A stretch of 64,000 nt of DNA from contig JBHGNT010000003.1 of assembly GCA_043228905.1 (NCBI GenBank), positions 24,180,001-24,244,000 of the forward strand, in the 5' to 3' direction. Made by a program: the position numbers and the translations under genes. Under the pieces are notes generated by a model. It was not told where the DNA came from. It saw only the letters and a program-made list of their open reading frames with translations, and made no database searches. Below are positions 40,701-53,681 of this stretch, one piece after another (within the stretch, counting starts at the first letter, position 1; the number at the start of each line of letters is the position of its first letter). Origin of the DNA: Azolla caroliniana. Its lineage: Eukaryota > Plantae > Polypodiophyta.

Positions 40701-42313
40701 GCTCAGACAAATGGATAGATAGGAATAATCAGAAAACCATTCTTTCACACACGTTCAGAATACCTGGAAGAGAGTCGGGCTTCATCCTGTGCCCATTCTT
40801 GCCACATCGCTGGAGTGAGAGGAAAAATTGAACTCATGTATTCCCTTGCATTTCTAAGCTCCTCCAGCTTGCACTGTCTCCTTAGAGCATGTATGTACTG
40901 CGACAAGATAGAGTGCATATAATAAATTATATTGCATAATTACATTGTGTGTTTACTAATTAAAGAGTGGCGGTTTAAATATAAAAATATTCTTAATTGA
41001 AGTTCCCTGTAAGTGAAAAGTTGAATTTTGACAAAGGATGAGACCTTCTAAGACCTGGTTTGAGCTTCTACAAGTGGATCTGATACTTCTTCTAGCCTAT
41101 GTGTATGGCAATAGTGAATTTCTGCAAGGAAAAGTTTGATGATAAATTGTCTACATAATATATGAAACTTGGCCACATACCAGACCTCTTTACCTATGAC
41201 TATCATCTGAAAAGTATAAGAGAAACCGAAGTACTTTAAATTATGCTTTGAACTGCTCAGTGTAAGTATTATCTGAAAAGTTTGTTTCGCTATGCTTTGA
41301 GCTACTTTTAGCTGGTCATGCATTTCGAAGTGTCAGAAATGTTCATTCTTTTCGAATTTTAACCTTTACAAACTCTACTCTACTTTAGATTCATCTCATG
41401 CACTCAAAATTCACTGAACTCAAATTATCTAAGACCTATTATCACATAATGGATACCTATTTGTAAGCTCAAGCATTACCTTCTGAGTTCTATAAGCTTG
41501 AATTCACTAAGATTTATCCTCAGGAATGATAACTTAAATCCCTAAGACCTATCTTCACAAAATAGAACTTCAAATCCCCTTGCATGTATCATCACAAAAT
41601 GTGAGCTTGTATTTTGCCTACAATTTATCATCACAAAATGAGAATTTCAAAAATTGCCTGCAAGTCATCATTACACAATGAAAATGAGAATTTCATCATA
41701 AGTATTACAATCTTCATTTCTAACAAGGGAGTTCTGAGACATGGTGACACTCAAAGAAAATATACAGAATCTAACTACTGTTGCCAAGAAGAACAGGCAC
41801 TTTCATCAATTCGGGAATGGCGATATACTCAAAGGAATTAAACAAGACCTCAGTATTTTTCGAGAAAAACAGTAGAGAAAATGTAACCAGACACGTAGAT
41901 TCACAAAAAATGAAGAAATTTGACCACTAAGAAGAAAAACATAGGTTGTACCCAGATATATAGATTCTCGTATAGAAAGGAGAACCAAAATCAGCTTTTT
42001 CCAAGAAGAACAGAGCAGGCTTAAGGCCTGTTAGGGATAAAAAGCGAGAGAATACCTCAACATGACCTTGAAAGTTATACTTATTCTCAGCCAAGGATTT
42101 CTCCATCTTCTCTGTGTCTTCTTCTTCTTGTTCATCTTCAGATAGACGATCTTCTTCTTCGTCATCGCGGTCGTCTTCGTCATCCTCCTCCTCGGCTTCT
42201 TCGGCTTCTGCTTCAGCTTCAGCTTCTGCTGAACTATCAGTGTTCGTCATGATCTCGTCCTCTTCTTCGTCGCGTATCGTCGTTTCTTCTGTTCTCTCCT
42301 TCTCCATTTCCAT
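34797..42313 (-). CDS. SART3: SART3/Prp24-like U4/U6 snRNP recycling factor (HAT repeats, RRM, C-terminal LSm-interaction motif), about 15 exons
   Basis: Exons include 42313-42056 (acidic N-terminus), 40897-40764 (YIHALRR...FPLTPAMWQEWAQDE), VPLWLDYLEF...LFERAL, GDPARAQVLYERA, RNCPWM, RRM AYVDFENEE, and C-terminal PKSNQDFRKMLLKE. Confidence 0.92.
39166..39834. mobile_element. hAT-type MITE (669 bp) in a SART3 intron
   Basis: TIR CATAGATTGACA / TGTCAATCTATG; perfect 8-bp TSD ATACACAT; ATTCG/CGAAT subterminal motifs. Confidence 0.92.
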
Positions 42314-42504
42314 CTCTCTGATCTGCAAATTTGACGTATATATATATATATATATAATGCATATATATTTAATTATTTACACTAAATTATGTATACGTAT
42401 ACATATATGTACATAAGTATGTACATTTATAATGTACAATTTAGGCTTCATGGTTTTTGAGTATTTACACATAACCCATACGCACACATTTATATATTAT
42501 AGTC

Positions 42505-42511
42505 ATACACA

Positions 42512-42541
<30 letters not shown>
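42505..42541. repeat. (ACAT)n microsatellite
   Basis: atacatacat run. Confidence 0.9.
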
Positions 42542-42544
<3 letters not shown>

Positions 42545-44154
42545 GATATATCCATAACAACTTAAATATACACACCCACACATATGCATGCATCCATAGT
42601 TACACGCTTATATGTATACGTTTGTGCTTACAAACACATGACATGCATACATGTTTTGATACATATTTACATGTACATGCGTCTTACATATATACATACA
42701 TACACATGTTTTTTTTTTCTTGTAATGCATTATGTTACAAAGGAAAACATGAGACAAAGGCGAAACCCCCCATAAGACTCATACATACAAGATAAGAACA
42801 TACATGTCTCCATTACTAAATAAACTAAGAAGCCTTTGAATAAAAACGTGGAGATGTTTTGGGACATCATGAAAAGCATCAAACGCATGGAAAAACAATC
42901 ACAATGAAAGCCAAATTATGTATTGTTGTGGGTTTTCTATGACATGGACTTGGTTGTGGGACAAGTGGAATGCCCATAAAGCTTAGAACCTTTCGTGGAT
43001 TGAAAAACTTCCACATGGTTGTTGAATGACATTCAAATAACAATTAATACAGAAAAAACTATAGGGATCAAACCTCAATTGTAAGCAATAATGTGGTCAT
43101 AGTAGAAAACTACATGTAGTTGGAGAAGTCCACACAAATGTACTATGATTTCATTGGTGTGTCCAAATCATGCGTGTCTTGCATTTAGGATGTGTAAAAG
43201 TTATGAGCTAGGTGGAAATCAAGGTTAAAGTGTACTTGGAAAAGTTTGTTGTCTTGTGAAGAAGCATGTTTTCTTGGGTTACTTATTCAATCTCTCCTTC
43301 AATGTCAAAATATACAATGTGAATCACAATGCATAAATATACATATATAAAATATGGCAATTTACTCAACCCAAACAACCAAAAGAAGTTTCAAAATCGA
43401 GGTTCAAGGAAGCCACCATTATATATTATCAGTAACTTGTTGCAGGAAAAGTATATTGTGTAGGCATTAGTCCAAGACAGACAAAGAAGAATTCCATTAG
43501 CTTGTAAAACACCTCCAATAAATGGCCAAATAAGTATTCCTTGATTCACGTCGATAAGAAATGTCCCAGGTTTGCATTAGTGGGAAAATAAGCATTTTCC
43601 TAAGCAACAATGAATTCTTCTTCTATGCTCCTTAAACTTGCCCTTTCCACTAAACCATAGACTATTGCTGCTTGCATATACCACACATCATTACAAAATG
43701 CTTATAGCCAAAGGTCAAGATGCAATCTACATGCATTTTTCTAGCTCTTCAACGTCCATAAGATGAAAACAAATCACGATCCTCATGTTATGATTCGTCC
43801 AATATTGGAGGCATCGGGTATGCTTTGAAACAAGTTACCAAAGTTTATGGGATAGGGACATGCATTCAAATTTTGTGTTTGTATATTGCAGATAGGATTT
43901 AGGGTTCAAAATCCTCTAATGGGATACTCTAAAACCTTTTAGAATTACCTTGTTCAAGATCTCTTCATGTCCACTTAAGATGTTTCATCACTTTTTTCCA
44001 ACTACCAATGAAAAGATTCATCTTTATCCAAACAAGCATAAATTACAATCTTGATGAGGAATGTAACATCCAACTACGAAAGTGGGCAAATTGTTAGATG
44101 TTCTAGTTTGAACCATATGTAGCATTTGTATTCATCATTTTTTATGATCCACAC

Positions 44155-44419
44155 CATAGTATGAACCATACGTGCATTCGCATTCGTGAATGTTTCAATC
44201 ATCCGCGTAAGAAAAACACCCTCAAAGAATGATAAATACCATACTTTTGGATTAACTATTGATTATGAGGTAAATAAGCCTAAAAAATGGAAAAAACCAA
44301 AAAAAAAACATTTAAAAAATGGGGAAAAAACACAAGAATGTTTGAATAACATTCGCATTCGCTTTCCAACACAGGAAAACGAATGTTATGCTAGACAAAC
44401 ACGAATTTTACATACTATG
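44155..44419. mobile_element. hAT-type MITE (265 bp), related to 39166-39834
   Basis: TIR CATAGTATG / CATACTATG; TSD ATCCACAC / ATCCACAA (7/8); CATTCGCATTCG motifs. Confidence 0.8.
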
Positions 44420-44462
44420 ATCCACAAACATTTATTTTCTCTACACACATCGCACATCCTTA

Positions 44463-44610
44463 ACGACTAGCATTTTGTTGTGAGATAGTACGATCTTTAC
44501 TCACAAAGTATCGCATACCTATTTTTCAAATTTTCTTCATATCCTTTACGACTAGCATTTTGTTGTGAGATAGTACGATCTTTACTCACAAAGTATCGCG
44601 TACCTATTTT
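44463..44610. repeat. Tandem duplication, period about 85 bp
   Basis: acgactagcattttgttgtgagatagtacgatctttactcacaaagtatcgc at 44463 and 44548. Confidence 0.9.
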
Positions 44611-45029
44611 CGAAGTATGATCTTTCACTTTGTATCTTCCATCATTGTGCATACAATAGGCCTTTCTTCGGAGTAAGCAAAACCATGTTTCCCAACTCGG
44701 TATGCTCTAATGCATGTTAAAGAGTTCACTAATGGCCTTTCTAAGGGATGCGGGTGTTTCCATACCCTCCTCTTTAATCCCACGGATGTTCTTTCAATTC
44801 TCAAACATCAATGCTTTCTACATTCTTCTCTTTCATCATATACATAATAAATGAGTTTGATACCACATACATCGGCCCATGACTTCGTTGTGCATATATT
44901 TTTTATCCCACTTACATCCCTCCTCATTGTGTCCATTTTTTCCTCTTTTAAGATTTCCTTTAATTCAATCTTGTTAAGGCGCTCACTTGTTTCAAAAGAA
45001 GATCTCTCTCTCTCTCTCTCTCGGAAAAT

Positions 45030-45240
45030 CTCAAGAAATATCTTTTCGACACCTTGGTGACACCGGTTCTTCTCTATGGGGTGGAAGTTTGGGGCAGTAG
45101 CATCCCTAAATCTATGTGGAAAGAGTTTGAAAATGTCCAAAAATATTTTCTTACAAAATTTCTACAAGTTAGAAACAAACGCCCTACACCCTCCTCCTCC
45201 TCCTTGAGACAAGATCGCTTCCCATTGAGATCATGGCCAT
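45030..45240 (+). mobile_element. Non-LTR retrotransposon RT C-terminal remnant
   Basis: TLVTPVLLYGVEVWG...FENVQKYFLTKFL resembles the post-RT 'P.LLYG.E.W' motif of LINEs. Confidence 0.65.
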
Positions 45241-45381
45241 GCGACTTAGCTCACATGCATTGCAATGTGAGATAGGGAGTTGGGGCACAAGTGATGAGAG
45301 TATGGTACGTCCTTAGTTTGAAGGGTAAATAATATTTTTTCCCTTTCATAATTATGCTTATCCACATTTACATCCATCCAA

Positions 45382-46392
45382 TGTCATGAAGACATACATT
45401 TTGGCCTTACAAGGATTCAAGCCCAAGACGTCTTGGTCTATATGTTAGACCTTTAACCATTATAATAACATATATGATGTATAGTTATAATAAATGTATT
45501 ATTAGTTAACAATATATTTAGAGTATTCTAGAACATTCTAGGATATTCCATGATTATATTAAATATCATAAATATCTAAAATATTCTAGAACATTCTAGA
45601 ATACTCCATAAGGACCTATAAATAAGTGTCTATTCATTCATCACAACTCATTTGGTTCAACACCAGTTTGTAGCCCCTTAGCCTACTCTTTGTAATCCTT
45701 GCTCTCTTGTAATATAAACTCTCTTTCCATTAAGAAAAAGAAAAAGAAAAGACTAAATGCATAACTTTAAAATGAATGATGGCCATGATTACTACAAGAA
45801 CCTTGACCCTTCAAGAAGAAATGGAGAGCACCAAAAGTAGTCTTTTGGAAGAAAAATTGTGCAAACCACGTCAAGTGAGAATTTCGTATAGGTCAAATGA
45901 TATAGAGTTTGTCGCACTTCGTAATAGTTACGTGATTTCCAAGACACCCTCAGTTATCGAGCCTTCAACATGCATGTGTCCCTTCTTATTCGATTTCCAT
46001 AAAGATGGTCCTTTTTAAACTACAATGTTGAATGATCAGCAAATCTTCCCAATTCCACATTCAAAACCATCACCTGAACTCTGCTATTCTTTTCTGTCCT
46101 CTTGGGCTTTGAGGCTTTCTTCAAATTCACATCCATTGGAGAATATGATTGTACGTTTGTAAAATCTACTTTAGTCCTTTCACGTTCACTAAAAAACTGC
46201 ACTATAGTTTCATCAAGCAAACCTGTGACTTTTGATGGTATAACACTATTTTCTATTGTAGGTTCCATAGAAGAAAGGGGCTTCTCCAACTTTCTTGATT
46301 TCTTCTTCTCTTATTGGTTAAAGGTCTAACATATAGACCAAGACGTCTTGGGCTCGAATCCTTGTAAGGCCAAAATGTATGTCTTCATGACA
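45382..46392. mobile_element. Unclassified 1,011-bp insertion: TG...CA ends, 78-bp TIRs, 5-bp TSD
   Basis: 45382-45459 is the reverse complement of 46315-46392 (1 mismatch). TSD TCCAA at 45377-45381 and 46393-46397. Confidence 0.9.
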
Positions 46393-48240
46393 TCCAAAAG
46401 GCATTTCCCTACATAATCACATTAGGTCCATAGGCAACATCAATGAGGCGCAATATACGTTTCCATATAGTTCCATAATGCAAAATTGTTTTTCAGCAAA
46501 TAATGCAGAATCTTGTTCATTGTGTGAAGGAAAGTTGGTCTATGCTTATTTCAATTTTAAAAGGTCAATACGAGTCCTTCTCTAGTAATGAAGATACCAT
46601 GTTTCTTAAACAACAATCCTTTCAAGGCACATGAAAGGATTTGTTTGTCTTTGTGGAGAGAATTGACAAAATGGTTTGGCAATATCTACCCCCTCACTGG
46701 TTGTTTCCTCCATAGGTGGAGTTTGTTTTACCTTATGACATAGTGGGGGATATTCATATAACCTTTTTTCTCTACTATCTTAACCTCCACTAGATTGTAT
46801 GCTATGTATACACTTATTGGATTGGTAATGGAAACTAAGGTGTAGTTTTTAAAAATAAAAATAAATGTGAGCAGTCACCTATCCCCATGTTGTTTTGGTT
46901 GAAGTATACTTAATGTTCAAAACTTGAAGCATCAAGACAACCACAAAAATCAAGGCATATGTGTTGCCAAGAAAGAAAGGTTTCAAACTACACATTGAAT
47001 CTCGACATGTGGCTAGTGGTCTCCTGCGAGTGGATTTATACACCAATTGTAGATGTCACTACCACTTACAGGCAAATTAAAATAACACCTTGGGTACAAG
47101 GCACCATGGTGGTGGGTTTTACACTGAGATAATGATCCTCTCAATACAATTCAAGGTTCTAGCCATTTGGCAACTCATGGAGTGCACAACGATGTGTTGG
47201 AGAGAGAGAGAGAGAGAGAGAGTTCCACAATGTCATACAAATGAGGGTGACCAAACCCTTACATGCTCAATTTTCTAACACACATACATAATGATGATCA
47301 ACAACCTTCAAATGATTTATATATAGAGCTAGGATGGTTTCTTCATACTCCACACCAAGAACCTTTTGAATCCATTATCTCAAATCTAAACTCTTTGTCC
47401 CCCCATTTCTTCGCATCTTTGGGTTGACAAATGTCTAGGAGATTGCACACTAATGTTGTATTGTGAAAGATGGGTAACATATTGAATTAGGTGCATAAAA
47501 CACTTGGAATTTGTTGTTAATTGTTTTTGGTGTAAAGGCTCAATGCAAGGATAAGCATGTTACTTCAAATCTTGGGTTTGTACACTAGTCAAGTTCTTTA
47601 ATGGGAAATCAAGTAAAAATGGCTAACATAACATTTATTCCTTGTTACTTGGCATTATCCGTTGCCCAAAGGGCTATTTCTTAGTACATCTTAATTAGTA
47701 ACACATTACGAATCTCCTCTCCATCACAAATAATGTAATCTCTAATAGAGACACAGACAAAATGAAATAGTTACCATCAAGTAATGAAACTTTTGAGCAA
47801 AGAGAACAGAAACAACAGTCGTAGAAGAGACCAACACAAGAGCTCATCTCATTAAAATCATCTCAGTATGTATACAAGATTAGGAGATCCCGAAGAGAAG
47901 CTGGGTTGGTCCACAAAATTGGATCAATTTGTGTTGTTAGTTAGTGTTCATTCTATCAAGTCTAAGCTGGAATGATCCTCTTTGTTACCATTGCGTGATT
48001 ACAGCATCATGCACACAAGGAAAATAATTGAACTGAAAAACAATGGAACCGAGTAGTTAAGGGTCTAGGGTTTGGTGTGCATGCCATGAAATGGTACAAA
48101 GAGACATTATTCCATTTGTGCCATAGGAATTGATTAATGACTGCATGCATGAAGAAAAACACTGCTAGGGTTTAGAGTTTAGTGGCTTAACGCTGGGTTT
48201 GGGTTTGGAATGTTAGTAACGATATATAGTTAGTTTTAAT

Positions 48241-51200
48241 TTAGTAAAGCCTCTTTCTACATCCAAAAGAACCACAATAGCATGGTAGGGATTTGACTTT
48301 GCCATCCTTGACTACACTTCCAAGCTCATATCCATAGTCATAAGTCAATTCCTGTTTAGCAATTAATTGGAAAGCTTTTCAAATTAGTGTTGGGAGCTTC
48401 AGTGAAATCAATATCTATGAATGGCTTTATTAATCATCATAACTACCAAATAAAATATATTCACAATTTTGTTTACCTGCAAAGGACTGATTGTATCAGC
48501 TGCAAAGAACCAAATCCGAGGCTGACTGAGATCATGATGGTCATTTAAAACACACTGAACGAATAAATTGGGCTCACAGCTGTGGTTGATCATTCGGGAT
48601 ACATTTCCACATGTACCAGCATCAATGCAGAACTCAGGCTGCTCTGGGACATTATCAAGTGCTCCTTTTGGAGCTCCGATGTCTGCAGCATTTGATACCG
48701 ACCGTTTCTGCAAATGCATTATATTTATCTCTATTAAAGCTTGTCTTATGAAGACACAATAGACCATAGGCGATGCGATGTTTTATCGATTCCATTATCC
48801 ATTTTCAATTATGAATGGTTCAAAGCCAAATACATGCACAGCCATTCATAATTGAAGCTACACATGGATTCTTTCACGGACAACTATTGCAAGTTGAAGC
48901 AGTTTGATAATCCAATCATGCACAAATAGTGAAGTCCTACCTGACGTACACCGATGCCTTTAATTGTTTGCAAGCAGTCGAGTTCAAAGATGAATTGACT
49001 GTCAGATATATTGTCTGCATCTTCAGTCCTCATGAGTGTGCCTGCATATTGGCAGACGGGAGCTCCAGCAGGGATTGTATCCCAAGACCTCACACCCCAT
49101 CCTTTGTTGGATGTTTGAAATACCTGTCCATATTCCAACACCAACAAATTTTTAAAATGTTATGTTATGTGTGTGCCTCTATATCTGGGTATGAATGTGA
49201 AGTTTGTGTCTGAATATATGTATGCATGTGTTATCAGGACATTACTATCAGATGGAACAGTTCAAAGGCTTTTAATTATATTATCAATGAGTTATTCAGA
49301 AATGTTTTAAAAGGTTTTATCTGAAGTCGTCTTATTATTTGGCATTCATCTAAAACTAATATGATGTGATATATAAATATGCAATGCATACCTCGAGACG
49401 ATATTGCATTCCTTTCTGTGTAACACGGTTAGAGCAATTTGTGCTGCATCCGCAATGAGGTCCACACTCATAAACCACATCCATAGGTTCTATTAACCTG
49501 CAAAGAAAAGCACATTTTTATAAATGGTGATGAAGGTCCTGCAGCCCGCAAAACAAGTTCAATTCTTTAAACAGCATTATCTACTTACCTCCCACCATTC
49601 TTCATTACATATGGGAATCTTTTTTTGTTGAGAATGGCACAAGAACATTTATTGGGATCCAAACACTCTCCTTTGCAGCTACATCCTTTGGCAGGACTGG
49701 GTTTACGCACCCCTTCCTTCACCTCAAGTTTTGAAATATATCTGAAATCTATACAAAGAAAAAAGAGTACCAAGTGTTTACAAAATATTTCAATACTTCA
49801 CTCTTATGAGTGTAAGTGTAACATCTTACCAGGTGCAACCGGAGGGTTAAATAAATTTGATGCTGGAATAGGTATTGGTTCCAAACCATTACTAATGTCT
49901 CCACAAACAAGCCTGTACAATTTTCGCAAAAGAATAGGTTAGTTACAGTCGTGTGTGTTAATCAAAGCACCTGGATAGTCAGTTAACAGCTTCCAGCACA
50001 TATGGAACTTTCATGTTTTCTTGATGTCTCCAAAGATATTCCTTATTATATGATTTTTATTCCCAAGACAGTTAAAATGACCCGTCATTTCTTTGTAATG
50101 ATTGTTTCTGTGGTTTTTTACATCACATTGAGGATTTCCACCAGTAATATGATGCATTACACCAAAAAACTGGAAAGTGTGAAAGGGATAGAAAGGAAGC
50201 TCCAATAGAAAGCCAATGACGCACAAGAACTGGAAAATGAAAAATCTGAGTGAAATATAGCTTCATTTAGAAGCCCCTACGGCCCAAAAATCAAACTATA
50301 AAAAAACCAAGCAATGCTTTGTTTATTGTTCTTTACAAAAGAGACTGCTCTAATGAAAATCTTAGGTTTGGAGTTACTGTCGATAACGGTAGAAAAGCAA
50401 TGTATATATTATACCCTTTTAGTTCAGAAGCACGAGCTGGAATTTGTCGTGAAACAAATTGAACCTGGAAGAATATTTTAAAACTTAGAATTACAAAGCA
50501 CTACATCAGTGTGCCCCACATTCATTAGCTAAATGTGTTTAAATAACCTGATCCGTTGTCAAAATAGGTTGGCCTTCAAGTCGCTTCAATCTGAACTTGT
50601 AAACAGTAAATCCTGAGATGCCTTTCTCTGCCCAGTAATCTTTTACCTGAACAAGCAATGAAGAAATCAACGAGCCATGAAACCAATAAAACACTGTTTT
50701 TAACTTTCTTTGAACGAGATGCAAATAGAAATAACCACCTTGCAAAAGCTTCGCTTCTATTCTGAACAACAAGCTTATTTTTATTTAGACTACCTCCATC
50801 CTAGGTCAAAAGCATAGCTTTGTTATTGCGCATCTTACCTTATAGAGTCCATCATATGTGTAAACTTTTCCTGTGTAGCTATTCTTTGTTTTATGTCCTC
50901 GGATTAAACGAACTGGTATATCTTGCTCCATGTTGTTCTGCACGAATTAAATGTAGAGTTTCATTTTCTGTTTTGTCATTTTTTTACCGGTTGAACCGAT
51001 GGGCTTTAATTTAAGACAGTTATACCTTCAAAGCTAAATTCCCACGTTTCAAGACTTGATCTGCAATTTGGCGTTTATTTCCAAGTAGATCATTGCCTCC
51101 TTGTCCAGTGTAAATGACATCTTCGGAATTGTCTATATCGTCCTCATATGCTCCTGAGAGCATTATTGAGCTCGCCACAGGTAACTTAGCAATGTTCTGT

Positions 51201-53681
51201 AAGAAAAATGCATAAGATAAAAATTAGGAATATAAAAATTTCTTATAATGTCTTAGAAATGTTGATACTAAGATTCCTTTAGATGTCTACCAATTTGTTT
51301 TTAAAAGCTGCTGGTATGGTATCAATACCACCAAGCCAATGGCAATGCAATCCTATGGCTATCATCTCACATCTAGAGAAGAATTGGTCACCGATCTTGA
51401 CTCCTATAATAGAGAAATAAGTGTTAAAACTATGCCCCTGTAAATGTTAAATGCTAGACAGAAAATAAACAAATACTTACCTGAAACATTTCCAATCACC
51501 TTACCCCTGTCTACCATCTTCTTATCAGCTCTCATCTATATAAAAATGTTCAGATTTTAAAACGGTTTCCAAAATTTTAAAACTATCATTCTCAATGGAT
51601 ATAGAGTTACATGTGTAATAGCCTTAAGATCTGGGCGTCTTGATTTCGCGCGCTCATTTTTGTCTGTGTTCTTGATGACTGCCGTGGCCTCTTTACGGCA
51701 CCGCACTTCCTCTTCCTGTTGGGAGTAATAAATAAGCAAGGTCCTCTGTTTTAGTCATGGATTTACCTTAATGGTAAACTAAGTTCTGGTAAGCCATGCA
51801 TACATCAGGGTTCAAGCCTCACTAGTATGTACTGTTTCATTAAATGAGATAACTAATCAACCCCTCTCTGTCAGTTCTATATGCACAGTTTTGTTAGATG
51901 AGATAACAATCAATCCCTCTATATCACGATAGACTTCAAGGGCTTTAATAATTTCATTCATTGTTCTTGTAGGCGAGACTTACTTGTACAAACCGAAGGT
52001 AGTACGAATTAAAGAGTCTAAGAACCTCCTTAACTTTCTTTGAAGCATCGCAACCTGTGATATCTCCTCCAGAAACAAACTGTGTTTGTACCAGTGTCTC
52101 AATCATATGCGTCTTCTCGGCCACTATATCTCTGCAAATTTTTGAAACCAAATTAGATGGAGTCTTGTTTAAACTGTACCTTTCAGGATCTTCCTTCTTG
52201 TTCTCTGTCTTAGCACTGATAATATCTCTGCATTTGTTGTATAAAATCTTCCTTACAGGAAATTCAATCTTTCCTTGCTTAGCGTTGGCCATACCTCTTC
52301 TGCAAGTGTTCTTAATTGCGTTTACTTGAGAAACTTCAATACTCGTCTCCTCTGTCTGAACACTAATTATATCTTTGCACGTGTTCTCGCATATCTTAGT
52401 GTCAGACAATTCAATCTTTTTCTTCTCTGTTATTTCATCACCGATTATTTCTCTGCAAATCTTTGTAACAAAAGAAGATGAGGACAAAGTAACAGATGGT
52501 ACTGCTTCACCTTTCTCTTCAAAAACTTCTCCACTGTCTCCTTCTCCTGTCCCTACAGTAGCTGTATGATTATCTTTACATTGTGAGGAAAGGGAAGAAG
52601 AAGAACATGAGGGGAGAAACTCTCCAATTTCTCGTTCAATTTTTGCGCATTTCTCTTCTTCACAAGGGTATCCAGCGTTATATTCGTCCTTCTTTAAAGT
52701 AACTTTGTGAGTACCTTCAGATAGTGATGAAGAAATAGAAGAGGACTCTTCATATTCTTGTTCAATGTCTGCAGAAGAATGAATACTATGGAAAACATCT
52801 TCTGCATTTCCCACCTTTCTAATCTTCCGTGGGATTAATGAATCTATTTGATCTGCAAGTGTTCGTTTCCGTGATATCATCTCATCACTATATAATTCTT
52901 TGGTTTCAGCAATAGTTCCCTGCGTAGGTGAAAATTCACCTTCACCTTTGACCTCTCTGATAGAAATCTTAACATCGGATTCATCACAGAGAGTCGGATT
53001 AATTGTGGTAATGGCTACTTGAAATTGGTTCTTGAGCATATTTCTTCTTCCTGAGGGATTATCAGTGTTATTGTTAACTTCTCTTGCTTTCTTAAGACTT
53101 TCCATTCCACCCTCTCTACTCCAACTCACATCATTACCTGACCTGAGTGTTGAATTTCTCACTCTCTGACTTCTCCTGCATGTAACAGATCTAATATTTT
53201 GATTATCAGCATTATCTTCATCTTCATCACTGGAGAGAACTATCAATCCTCTTCTGGTTACCTTATTTGAACACTCAGACTCAGTCTGCACTCTTTCTGT
53301 TTTTGCTCCTTCTCCTCTGATTGTTTCTTCCTCTTCTTTTTCTTCTTCCTTTTCAGCTTCTTCTTTTTCTTCTTCCTTTTCAGCTTCTTCTTTTTCTTCT
53401 TCCTTTTCAGCTTCTTCTTTTTCGTTGATTTCATCATGTTTGATTTCTCTAGAAATTTCAGTTGAACAACTGGTTGCTTTAATCTCGTTAGGATTCACAA
53501 CTGCATCTGAAGGTTCTTCCTCTTCTTTTTCTGGGTCGCTTTCTAGATCAATGATGCCAACAGCTTTGCATGGAGATACTTTAAGGTTCGTCGTCCTTCC
53601 ATTTAACTCAGAGTTACGAATCTCGAGTCCCACGAACATCATTTCTTTCTTGCGAATTGATGAAGGTGATTGAGAGATCAT
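48241..53681 (-). CDS. SUVH4: SUVH4/KRYPTONITE-like H3K9 methyltransferase (SRA/YDG, pre-SET, SET, post-SET), about 14 coding exons, first exon 53681-51984
   Basis: SRRPDLKAI, WLGGID, SGAYEDDIDNSEDVIYTGQGGNDLLGNKRQ, KVYTYDGLY, VKDYWAEKGISGFTVYKFRLKRLEGQP, KGWGVRSWDTIP, INHSCEPNLFVQCVL, ELTYDYG...CYCGSFGCRKRLY*. Confidence 0.94.

Noticed and set aside
42114-42416. Poly-Ser ORF on the plus strand
   Set aside because: Reverse complement of the Glu/Asp-rich first coding exon of SART3.
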